NCBI GenBank assembly: GCA_023898465.1
Contig: CP060223.1
Coordinates: 224,001-288,000 of the forward strand
Source of the DNA: Candidatus Nomurabacteria bacterium
GTDB lineage: Bacteria > Patescibacteriota > Patescibacteriia > HK-STAS-PATE-3
Length of the DNA: 64,000 bases
Direction of reading: 5' to 3'
This document shows positions 50,934 through 59,045 of this stretch, one piece after another; the first letter of the stretch is position 1, and the number at the start of each line of letters is the position of its first letter. A program made the translations under genes and the position numbers. The notes below the pieces were generated by a model. It was not told the DNA's origin. It worked only from the letters and a program-made list of their open reading frames with translations, and did no database searches.

Positions 50934-51605
50934 ATGAAAGAGTTTCTCATCATTGCAAATTATCTGGTTGGAATAGGGGAGTTGATGCTCGCTGGATATT
51001 TTTGGAAAACAAACAGCGGCAGCGCAATTCGGAAGGTGATGGTGTTGTTGGCGTTTTCGACTGGTATGTGGGTCATTTTTACCGGAACCTTTACCTACCG
51101 CTGGATTTTGCTTGATTACTTTGATCTCGGCATATCATTTGTATATTTCTTTGGAATTTTGTTCCTTACCGCCTTACTTCATTTAGTAATTCTCTTTCCT
51201 CACAAGATTTTCCCGTTTGATAGGCTACATACAGTTTTGTTGTATATTCCAACACTCATATTAGGTTTTGCCGCTTTTACTCCAGCGATAATTAAAGAAA
51301 ATATCACTCCGTCGAGCGGGTATACCACAAGTTATCCCGGACCAGCACATTGGATGTTTAATAGCTATCTTTTTCTCATGTATGCAATGGTGATAATCCT
51401 ACTCATTGTTAAGATCAAGCGTTTTGATGGATTTAGCAGAGATAACGCAAAAACTTTGCTTTGGGGTATTATTTTAGGCGGCCTACCCATCGTTTTCTTA
51501 GATTTGGTTTTGACAACTTTGGGCATCTACCCAAATGCTGCCGTTGCCAGCCTTTTCACAGTTGTCTGGCTTGGGTTTACTACTTACATAATTGTACGGA
51601 AATGA
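50934..51605 (+). CDS. standalone 7TM sensor-module paralog 4 (divergent)
   Basis: ATG 50934 lies 1 nt after the paralog 3 stop. The track ORF at 50919 uses an upstream TTG. C-terminus ...YIIVRK. Confidence 0.65.
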   Translation: MKEFLIIANYLVGIGELMLAGYFWKTNSGSAIRKVMVLLAFSTGMWVIFTGTFTYRWILLDYFDLGISFVYFFGILFLTALLHLVILFPHKIFPFDRLHTVLLYIPTLILGFAAFTPAIIKENITPSSGYTTSYPGPAHWMFNSYLFLMYAMVIILLIVKIKRFDGFSRDNAKTLLWGIILGGLPIVFLDLVLTTLGIYPNAAVASLFTVVWLGFTTYIIVRK

Positions 51606-52288
51606 ACGGAGAAATAGTATTTTTTGATTTAATTTTACTTAGCGTTGTTGGATTATTAGAATTAGCCTTTGGGATTTATTTAATAGTCCGTTATGTGAGG
51701 ACAAGTTCGATAGTATTTTTTGCACTTTTCGTTTTCTTTCTTTCTTTGTGGGTGCTTACAAATGCGGCTGCTTTCGTAATACCAATACATAATGTCTTCT
51801 TTGATATTGATTCAAAGTTGAGTTTTGTTTTTGCAATATTACTTTTTCCAGCGCTATACTTATATGTAATTAATTTTCCCATCCCTACAATATTAATAAA
51901 TTGGCGTTTAATACTTTTTGTGTTTACTGCGCCAATACTTCTTAGTACAATGATTTTAGGGTCGGGAACGGTTGTATTTGGATTTGATAAATTGATAGAG
52001 AATCAGCCAACTATATTTGGAGAAGCTTTTTGGGCCTATTCTTTTTATATGTTGTTCATGTATGCAATTATTTTATTTGAATTAATAAGGCAGATTAATA
52101 AGTCCAAGGGTTCTCACAGATGGTATGCACAAATTTTATTTTTTGCTGTTTTCATTTCTGGCGCAATAGGGCTATTATTTAATCTTGTTCTGCCTTCGAT
52201 GTTCGATATTAGAATTGCTTATTGGATAGCCCCATCTAGTTCAATTATTTGGCTTGCTCTTGTTTGGTGGGCGACGCAGAGGAAATAA
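51602..52288 (+). CDS. standalone 7TM sensor-module paralog 5
   Basis: ATGA start/stop overlap with paralog 4. Conserved YLIVRYVRTS and C-terminal ...WWATQRK. Confidence 0.65.
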   Translation: MNGEIVFFDLILLSVVGLLELAFGIYLIVRYVRTSSIVFFALFVFFLSLWVLTNAAAFVIPIHNVFFDIDSKLSFVFAILLFPALYLYVINFPIPTILINWRLILFVFTAPILLSTMILGSGTVVFGFDKLIENQPTIFGEAFWAYSFYMLFMYAIILFELIRQINKSKGSHRWYAQILFFAVFISGAIGLLFNLVLPSMFDIRIAYWIAPSSSIIWLALVWWATQRK

Positions 52289-52290
52289 TT

Positions 52291-52959
52291 ATGGATTATG
52301 GTGTATACTTATTATTAGTTATTGCGGGCCTAGAACTTTGGTTGACAATATACATATTTACTCGCTACCAAAGAACAAAAGCTATTTTTTTCTTTGGACT
52401 CTTTACTGCTTGTGTGACTGGATGGGTGCTAACTAATTCTATTCCGCTTCTTTTTTCCTATTCAAGTTGGCAATCTGATTTTTTGCAACGCCTCTCGTTT
52501 TCTTTTGCTGCATTTATTTTTCCTTTTCTTTATTATTATATTCTTTTACATCCATTTCCAAGCATTGATATCAACAAGCGATTCATATTATTCACATCCC
52601 TCCCGGCCTTCTTTGTTTCTATTGCCACTCTCTTTGATAAAAACTTTGTTATAGGATTCTATGATACCTCAGTAAGGGCAACAATATACGGCGACTCTTT
52701 TTGGATGTATGCGGTAGTTATGTTGCTATTTGCAATTCTTATTCCTGTGGAAATAATTTTAAAAAGAAGAAGACTGGATGGATATTATCGCTACCAATTC
52801 AAATTATTATTCAGCGCCTATTTGTTTTCAGCGGCAGTAGGATTACTAATTAATTTAATATTGCCATATTTTTTCGACTTAAAAATTAACTATTGGCTTG
52901 GGCCCGCGTCATCGATTATTTGGGTGAGTATGGTTTGGTGGGTTATTAATAGAAGGTAA
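52291..52959 (+). CDS. standalone 7TM sensor-module paralog 6
   Basis: Starts 2 nt after the paralog 5 stop. C-terminal WLGPASSIIWVSMVWWVINRR matches the HK GFGPLSTLFLLFFISYAIIRHR block. Confidence 0.65.
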   Translation: MDYGVYLLLVIAGLELWLTIYIFTRYQRTKAIFFFGLFTACVTGWVLTNSIPLLFSYSSWQSDFLQRLSFSFAAFIFPFLYYYILLHPFPSIDINKRFILFTSLPAFFVSIATLFDKNFVIGFYDTSVRATIYGDSFWMYAVVMLLFAILIPVEIILKRRRLDGYYRYQFKLLFSAYLFSAAVGLLINLILPYFFDLKINYWLGPASSIIWVSMVWWVINRR

Positions 52960-52981
52960 TGTTTAATTGCGATTTTCAAAA

Positions 52982-53641
52982 ATGACAATAGGACATGTAG
53001 TTGAAGAATTTAAAAGTCGGTATATTAAAAGACAACTAGATCATAATTTTATTGTTTTAGAGACTCAAAATAACAACCAACTAAATTTATCATATAGATT
53101 AAGATACGAAGTATATTGTCTAGAATGTAAATATTTAGACGTGAATAATTATCCCAATAGGTCTGAAAAGGATGAGTATGATGATTGTTCAATACATTTC
53201 ATCGCAATAAATAAAAAGACAAAAAATGTTGTTGGCACAATTCGACTTATTAAACGCACTAATAGGAATTTGCCAATAGAGCATGATTTTGGAATTTCTC
53301 TGAATGGATCAATTAGTTCTAAAAAAGTTGTGGAGATTTCTAGACTAGCGGTTGATAAAAAATTTAGGAAGTCGAGTTTAAAGCATCCAAGTATTATGTT
53401 AGGTTTATTAAAAGCATGCTATAGATACGCCGAAGAAAATGGAATTGCAATGTTTGTAGCGGCAATAGATCAAAATGTATATAATATGTTAAAAAAGTTT
53501 CGTTTTTCATTTAATTTATTAGGGGAACCAAAACATTATATGGGTTCAATCTCAGTACCCGTGTTAATTGATATCGAAAAAGAATCGCAGTGGTTAAAAA
53601 TAGTAAATCCTGGACTATGGACATTTCTTTCAAGCAATTAG
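52982..53641 (+). CDS. GNAT-fold N-acyltransferase resembling LuxI/FeeM-type autoinducer / N-acyl amino acid synthases
   Basis: LRYEVYCLECKYL...EKDEYDDCSIHFIAINKKTKNVVGTIRLI...LPIEHDFGISL...VVEISRLAVDKKFRK follows the R.EVF...E.D.YD...(Y/H)(L/F).A......G..RL.P......E..F...E.SR.AV pattern of the Autoind_synth/Acetyltransf_5 families. Confidence 0.5.
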   Translation: MTIGHVVEEFKSRYIKRQLDHNFIVLETQNNNQLNLSYRLRYEVYCLECKYLDVNNYPNRSEKDEYDDCSIHFIAINKKTKNVVGTIRLIKRTNRNLPIEHDFGISLNGSISSKKVVEISRLAVDKKFRKSSLKHPSIMLGLLKACYRYAEENGIAMFVAAIDQNVYNMLKKFRFSFNLLGEPKHYMGSISVPVLIDIEKESQWLKIVNPGLWTFLSSN

Positions 53642-54276
53642 CTCATAAAATTGTATTATTCTATTTAAGACGGGCTAGCCACAAAAAATACCTAACATTT
53701 AGCTTTAGCGATCTTATTATACTCTGTCCCCCAAACGTGTTCCCGCCTAATTCGTTTACCACTGACCTAATGGCTAAGTGGCTAGTAAACGAAGAGATGG
53801 AAGGTAAACAGGTTTTAGAGATGGGTTGTGGAAGTGGATACATTTCGATTATTGCCGCACGAAAAGGGGCAAAAGTAATTGCAAGCGACATCAGCCCTAT
53901 CGCGGTTGATGCCGCAAAAATCAATACCATAATAAATAAGATAAAAAATGTCGAATGTTATTGCTCGGACTTATTTTCTAACTTAGAAGGAAAGTTTGAT
54001 TTAATTCTCTTCAACGCACCTTTTTTTCATGGAGAACCCACTTCTTTATTAGATAACAATTGGATGAGTAAGGATGGGGAGGTGGTCAGTAAATTTTTTA
54101 AAGACGCAAGAGAATATATTAATCCAATGGGGAAGGTAGTTATTACTAGTTCGACTCTAGTTAATCAAGATGCTCTGAAAATATTAATTAAAGAAAGCGG
54201 ATTTAATATTGAAAACGTGAAAACAAAAAATATTATTATTGAAAAATTTTTCTTGTATGAATGTAGAGCTTTTTAA
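53617..54276 (+). CDS. class I SAM-dependent methyltransferase, small-domain (HemK/Mtq2-like)
   Basis: The VFPPNSFTTDL entry motif resembles the Mtq2/HemK N-terminal motif. GxGxG is VLEMGCGSGYISI, followed by an acidic loop ASDIS and DLILFNAPFF (NPP(Y/F)-like). The start overlaps the GNAT gene by 25 nt. Confidence 0.7.
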   Translation: MDISFKQLAHKIVLFYLRRASHKKYLTFSFSDLIILCPPNVFPPNSFTTDLMAKWLVNEEMEGKQVLEMGCGSGYISIIAARKGAKVIASDISPIAVDAAKINTIINKIKNVECYCSDLFSNLEGKFDLILFNAPFFHGEPTSLLDNNWMSKDGEVVSKFFKDAREYINPMGKVVITSSTLVNQDALKILIKESGFNIENVKTKNIIIEKFFLYECRAF

Positions 54277-55021
54277 TAGAAATCAACCATTTATAACTAA
54301 AAAAGAACAAAAAATTCTCACAAAACAGAAAGTTTGTTTTATTGGATGTGGTCTTGCAAGTCAAGCCGCACTCCTTATTGCCAGGACAGGTATTGGAAAA
54401 ATAGTACTTTGTGATGGAGACAAGGTCGAGTTGAGTAATCTTAACAGGCAAGCATTTGACATTGGTGATATTGGAGAAAACAAAGCAGAAAGCTTAATGA
54501 GAAAGATATTAAGCATCAATTCAAATATTGAAGTGGAGCAGTATCCGGTTTTTTTAAAAAAATCGATTATTTCAAATGTAATAAAAGATTCAGATATTGT
54601 AGTGAGCACAGTTGATGCGGGTCCTTTATATTTTGAAATTCAGGAATATATTAATAAAAAAGGCATTATGGGAATATTCCCCATGAATATTGCCTTTGGA
54701 TCACTCGTATTCGTATCAAAAAATGGAAAGGGTGATTTTAAATCGTTATTTGGGGAGAAATTACCTGAAAATAATTCTGAATTTTTTTATCAACTTTACA
54801 ATAAACTTAAACAAAATGTACCAAGCTATTTATCTCCTCATATTGAAATCTTATTAAGTGGATTTAAAACAAACAGTCCAATTCCACAGCTAGGATTAAC
54901 GACTTTACTTACCGCATCTTTGATTACTGAGATAATACTGGCTGGGAACAGGGCTGAGCAATTATTGTTAACTCCAAGATTCTATTATTTTGATATTCGT
55001 GAATTCGTTCGAAATGGATAA
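54257..55021 (+). CDS. ThiF/MoeB/E1-like adenylyltransferase
   Basis: Rossmann VCFIGCGLASQ followed by DGDKVELSNLNRQ, the ThiF signature. The core is 254 aa with no rhodanese or peptide-clamp extension. Confidence 0.75.
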   Translation: MNVELFNRNQPFITKKEQKILTKQKVCFIGCGLASQAALLIARTGIGKIVLCDGDKVELSNLNRQAFDIGDIGENKAESLMRKILSINSNIEVEQYPVFLKKSIISNVIKDSDIVVSTVDAGPLYFEIQEYINKKGIMGIFPMNIAFGSLVFVSKNGKGDFKSLFGEKLPENNSEFFYQLYNKLKQNVPSYLSPHIEILLSGFKTNSPIPQLGLTTLLTASLITEIILAGNRAEQLLLTPRFYYFDIREFVRNG

Positions 55022-57785
55022 ATTGCTAATCCCACAAAATTTAGCACTTATTATATTGCTCTTCGGATATTTAAGTCTGATAATTCTTCTTTTGAGACGC
55101 GAGAACACAAGTAGTAGATTATTTGGTGCTACCGTTATTACTCTCTCTCTTTGGATATTATCAATTTTACTTTTAAATATCAGCTCCTCAAAAGAAGAAA
55201 TTTTATTCTTTTCGCGATCGTCATTTATCGGGCCAATTATTCTCATACCAACATTCCTTCTTTTTTCTTGGTATTTTCCGAAAAAAACTATACATCTAAG
55301 GAAAAGTATTATTATTGTCGTTTCTTTAACGGCATGCTTCTTTTTAATTGCGACGTTTACGCCGTATGTAATTCAAGATGTCACAATAAAAGTAGGTGAA
55401 GGAGTCAGTCTAACCTATCAACTTGGAACACTATATTTTTTCCAATTTATTTTTTTAGCATTCTCATTACTTTATTCTTTTTTTATTCTTTATAAAAAAT
55501 ATAAAAAATCAAAAGGCCTAGAAAAATTACAAATTAGATATCTTTTTCTTGGCACCGTTATTACTGCAGTATTGACCTTGAGTACTAACGTAATTTTACC
55601 AATTTTTAATTTTTCATCTCTTGCTGGATTTGGCCCTCTTAGTACTCTATTTCTCTTATTTTTTATTTCATATGCCATCATCCGCCACCGCCTCCTCGAC
55701 ATCCGTCTTGTTATCACGCGTTCCTTAATTTATTTTTTCCTTATCCTGTTCGTCGCAGGATCATTTACTGGAATTACCTTACTCGCAAAGTTATTATTTG
55801 AAGAATTTGTTGGTGAAATAACCGCTACAATACTTGTTTCTCTCATCATCGTTATTGGTTTCGAGCCATTGAAGCGATGGGTCTCTCGTTCTACTGACTC
55901 GGTTTTTTATAAGGCAAAAATTGACTACGCTGATGTGTTGCGGGAAATCAGCGAAATTATTAACCGTGAAATTGTCCTGGATCCGCTCGTCACCTCCATC
56001 AGCGCCACGCTTGAGAGTAGGCTCAAGCTCAAGCACGCGGGCATTGCATTGAAAAGCGCCAAGGGGGATTTTGTTGAATACATAAACCACGATCACTTTG
56101 ATCCCAAAACCTTTTCCAGCCGATCCGGTATGATCGGATTCTTACGTTTCACATCTCGTATCACCATTTTAGAATCGCTCGAGCGCAAAATTCAGGACAC
56201 GAGCGAAGGGGACGAATTAAAAGAGTTGAAGCGATCGCGCGAGGAAATGGAAACGAACCACATTGCCTTAGCTGCTCCGATTGTGGCGCAAGGCAAATTC
56301 AACGCAGTCCTCATCCTGGGGCCGAAACTTTCCGGTGATAGCTTCTCGACCGAAGAGTTGAAGATGATTGAAACGTTGACTCCGCAGATCGGATCAGCGA
56401 TTGAGAAATCCATGCTCTTCGAAGAGGTGAAGAACTTCTCCAGTCAATTAAAGGTGAAAGTTGATGAGGCGACAAAGGAGTTGAAAGAGCGCAATCGTTT
56501 CCTTGGCGCTTTGCAGGATATCACGAGCACCATTACGCACTCTCTTGATTACAAAAAAGTAGGACAGGACATTGTGGACGGAGTAGCCAAGAAGCTCGGT
56601 TACATCGGTGCCGTGCTCCTGCTCTATGATCCAAAGACTGGCCAGTCATGGGCTGAGGCAATTACGCAAACGCCGGTTACTCGCGCGGCAATGAAATTAC
56701 TGCCCAAGCCGGTGAACGAATACCATGGGCACGTGGATGAGAATTCCATGACCGACCAAGTTATTTTGACTGGTGAAATGCGCGAAAGTGATTCACTAGC
56801 TGAATTCTTAGCACCGGCCGTGCCTAAAGCTTTTTGTTTCGCCATGCAGAAGTTGATTCGCGCAAAGTATATTGTGGCAGTGCCAATCTATGCCGAGGGT
56901 GAAATTCTCGGTGCCTTGGTTTTTGTGCTCGGGAAGAAGAAAGAGGAGATCAGTAGTCAGGAGCGGGCTATGATGATCGCTTTAGGTGACCAGGCCGGAA
57001 TCGTGCTGCACAATATTAAACTCTTTGATCGCATCCAGGATACGAATAAGCAGTTGGAGCAGGCGAATGAACACTTGAAGCAGCTTGATCAAGCTAAGTC
57101 GGAATTCGTCTCCATTGCCTCGCACCAATTACGCACGCCGATGACTGGCATTATGGGCTATCTTTCCATGATGGTGCAGGGGGATTTCGGTAAAATGGAG
57201 CCGGAGCACACCAAACTGCTGACTGAATTGTTGAGTGAGAGTCAGCGCATGATTCGTCTCATCAACCTCTTCTTGAACGTCTCAAAGATTGAGTCAGGTA
57301 AGATGACGATTAACAAGCAGCCGACGCAGATTAAGGATCTCATTGACCAACAGATTAAGGATCAGAAAAAGCCAGCCGAGGATAAAGGATTGGTGCTGAA
57401 AGTGGAAGTTGATAAAGAGCTGCCGATAATTGAAGCTGACGGTGATAAGCTCATGAACGTGGTGCAGAACCTGATTGATAACGCTATCAAATATACAGAG
57501 CGGGGAAGCGTGACTGTTCGCGCCTTTCAGACCGATGGCCATATCCAGGTAGAAATTCAAGACACTGGCGTTGGTATTAAGCGCGAAGATGTGCATGAAC
57601 TCTTTGGTAAGTTTGTGCGCGGGTCTGGCATTGCGCAGATCAATCCTGATGGCTCCGGTCTCGGACTCTTTATTGCCAAGTCAATTGTGGAAATGCACGG
57701 CGGTAAGATTTGGGTAGAATCAGAAGGTGAAGGGAAAGGTACTAAATTCGCATTCACGATACCAATTACACAGCCGAAAAAATGA
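54990..57785 (+). CDS. sensor histidine kinase: N-terminal 7TM (HisKA_7TM-like) sensor, GAF domains, HisKA, HATPase_c
   Basis: N-terminal about 230 aa are hydrophobic and homologous to the six upstream paralogs. H-box SIASHQLRTPMTGIMGY. N/G1/G2 boxes NLIDNAIKYT, DTGVGI and GSGLGL. ATG 55014 would give an ATGGATAA start/stop overlap with the E1-like gene. Confidence 0.85.
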   Translation: MIFVNSFEMDKLLIPQNLALIILLFGYLSLIILLLRRENTSSRLFGATVITLSLWILSILLLNISSSKEEILFFSRSSFIGPIILIPTFLLFSWYFPKKTIHLRKSIIIVVSLTACFFLIATFTPYVIQDVTIKVGEGVSLTYQLGTLYFFQFIFLAFSLLYSFFILYKKYKKSKGLEKLQIRYLFLGTVITAVLTLSTNVILPIFNFSSLAGFGPLSTLFLLFFISYAIIRHRLLDIRLVITRSLIYFFLILFVAGSFTGITLLAKLLFEEFVGEITATILVSLIIVIGFEPLKRWVSRSTDSVFYKAKIDYADVLREISEIINREIVLDPLVTSISATLESRLKLKHAGIALKSAKGDFVEYINHDHFDPKTFSSRSGMIGFLRFTSRITILESLERKIQDTSEGDELKELKRSREEMETNHIALAAPIVAQGKFNAVLILGPKLSGDSFSTEELKMIETLTPQIGSAIEKSMLFEEVKNFSSQLKVKVDEATKELKERNRFLGALQDITSTITHSLDYKKVGQDIVDGVAKKLGYIGAVLLLYDPKTGQSWAEAITQTPVTRAAMKLLPKPVNEYHGHVDENSMTDQVILTGEMRESDSLAEFLAPAVPKAFCFAMQKLIRAKYIVAVPIYAEGEILGALVFVLGKKKEEISSQERAMMIALGDQAGIVLHNIKLFDRIQDTNKQLEQANEHLKQLDQAKSEFVSIASHQLRTPMTGIMGYLSMMVQGDFGKMEPEHTKLLTELLSESQRMIRLINLFLNVSKIESGKMTINKQPTQIKDLIDQQIKDQKKPAEDKGLVLKVEVDKELPIIEADGDKLMNVVQNLIDNAIKYTERGSVTVRAFQTDGHIQVEIQDTGVGIKREDVHELFGKFVRGSGIAQINPDGSGLGLFIAKSIVEMHGGKIWVESEGEGKGTKFAFTIPITQPKK

Positions 57786-58216
57786 AACAGGTAAGGGGGA
57801 AACAACCAAAACGCATCCTACTTGTCGAGGACGAGCCGCTCTTAGCAACGATGTATATGTTGGCGTTGCAGCAACGAGTAAAGGCTGAGGTGTACGGGGC
57901 TAAGACACGCGAAGAAGCGGAGCGCATTATTGAGCGTGTGAAGCCGGATTTAGTGCTGCTTGATCTCATGATTCCCTCGATTACCATCCAAGACACGGAG
58001 CAGGATTTTCATCATCCAGTAGGGCTGCAATTCTTAGCCCAAATTCGGAAGAGTCCAAAGACGCGTTCAATCAAGGTAATGATTCTCTCCAACCTTGATG
58101 CGGATGAGCAACGCAAGCGGGCCATTGATTTAGGTGCCGAGGATTACCTATTAAAAGCCAGTCTGCAGCCGCACGCGATTGTGGAAAAGGTAAAGCATAG
58201 TTTAGGGATAAAATAA
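57782..58216 (+). CDS. single-domain response regulator (receiver only)
   Basis: RILLVEDEPLL...DLVLLDLMIP...K receiver motifs. ATGA overlap with the HK stop. No output domain. Confidence 0.85.
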   Translation: MKQVRGKQPKRILLVEDEPLLATMYMLALQQRVKAEVYGAKTREEAERIIERVKPDLVLLDLMIPSITIQDTEQDFHHPVGLQFLAQIRKSPKTRSIKVMILSNLDADEQRKRAIDLGAEDYLLKASLQPHAIVEKVKHSLGIK

Positions 58217-58333
58217 GCCAGTCAATAATCTCATCCTTGACAGAGCCGGTGGTTTTTGTATACTTTCTGGCCCTGTTCTTTCCCATCGCGAATATCGGCA
58301 ACGGCCTCATTCTTAACATGTTTGGGAGGCCGT

Positions 58334-58531
58334 ATGTCGATTGCGTTTACTCCCACTGAGCTTATTCTCCTCGGAGGATTTCTCGTCTGGATCATGGCCC
58401 AAATCTATGCTCCAATGAAAGGTCGCCGCAAAGCTGTCAGCTTCGGCGCCATCGAGATTGTCTTCCTGCTCGTGGGTCTCGCGGTATTGCTCCTCGGAGC
58501 AATCACCCTTGCACAGAATCCTGCCTTCTAG
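58334..58531 (+). CDS. putative small two-TM membrane protein
   Basis: A 65-aa ORF from ATG 58334 with two hydrophobic helices. A TTGACA-16-TATACT promoter lies at about 58231-58262 and a terminator overlaps the 3' end. Confidence 0.3.
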   Translation: MSIAFTPTELILLGGFLVWIMAQIYAPMKGRRKAVSFGAIEIVFLLVGLAVLLLGAITLAQNPAF

Positions 58532-58548
58532 GCGGGATTCTTTTTTTA
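58510..58548 (+). terminator. intrinsic terminator (gaatcctgcc...ggcgggattc + TTTTTTT)
   Basis: GC-rich inverted repeat followed by a 7-T run. Confidence 0.5.
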
Positions 58549-58568
58549 AAAGATGCTAGAGTATAGCT

Positions 58569-59003
58569 ATGAAAAATATTTTTCCAAAAGGGGTCGAGGT
58601 AGTAGCGGGGGTAATAATATTCCATAAAGGGAAGATTCTGATTGCACGCTCACCGAAGTGGTCAGATAAATGGACATTGCCGGGCGGCCATATTGATCCC
58701 GGAGAAACAATTGCAGAGGCGGCTATGCGAGAAGCGGAAGAAGAGACGGGCTTAAAGGTTCATCCACTTGGTTTTGTGAAAGCAGGTGAACTTATTTATT
58801 CAAAGGATTTTCACCGGCCTGCGCATTTTCTCTATTTTGATTATGCTGTTGAAGCAGATGATGGTAATGCAACACTTGATAAGCGCGAATTAACGGAAAT
58901 GCAATGGTGTTCTCCAAAAGAAGCGCTCCAGATGGACTTAGCAGAAAGTTTTTCTGAATCAATCCAAGCTTTTTTAGAAAAGTTTCCGCAATACGCCGGG
59001 TAG
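58569..59003 (+). CDS. NUDIX hydrolase
   Basis: Nudix box GGHIDPGETIAEAAMREAEEETGL (GX5EX7REUXEEXGU). Confidence 0.85.
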   Translation: MKNIFPKGVEVVAGVIIFHKGKILIARSPKWSDKWTLPGGHIDPGETIAEAAMREAEEETGLKVHPLGFVKAGELIYSKDFHRPAHFLYFDYAVEADDGNATLDKRELTEMQWCSPKEALQMDLAESFSESIQAFLEKFPQYAG

Positions 59004-59045
59004 TGCTGCTTTTCTGAAGCGCGAAAAAATGGTATAGTAGGGCGC

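Noticed and set aside
48941-52959. Whether the regularly spaced ~670-bp tandem units could be a CRISPR or other non-coding repeat array
   Set aside because: The units are full-length protein-coding paralogs with RBSs and conserved amino-acid blocks (not nucleotide blocks). No short direct repeats or spacers are present. No CRISPR array was seen anywhere in the window.
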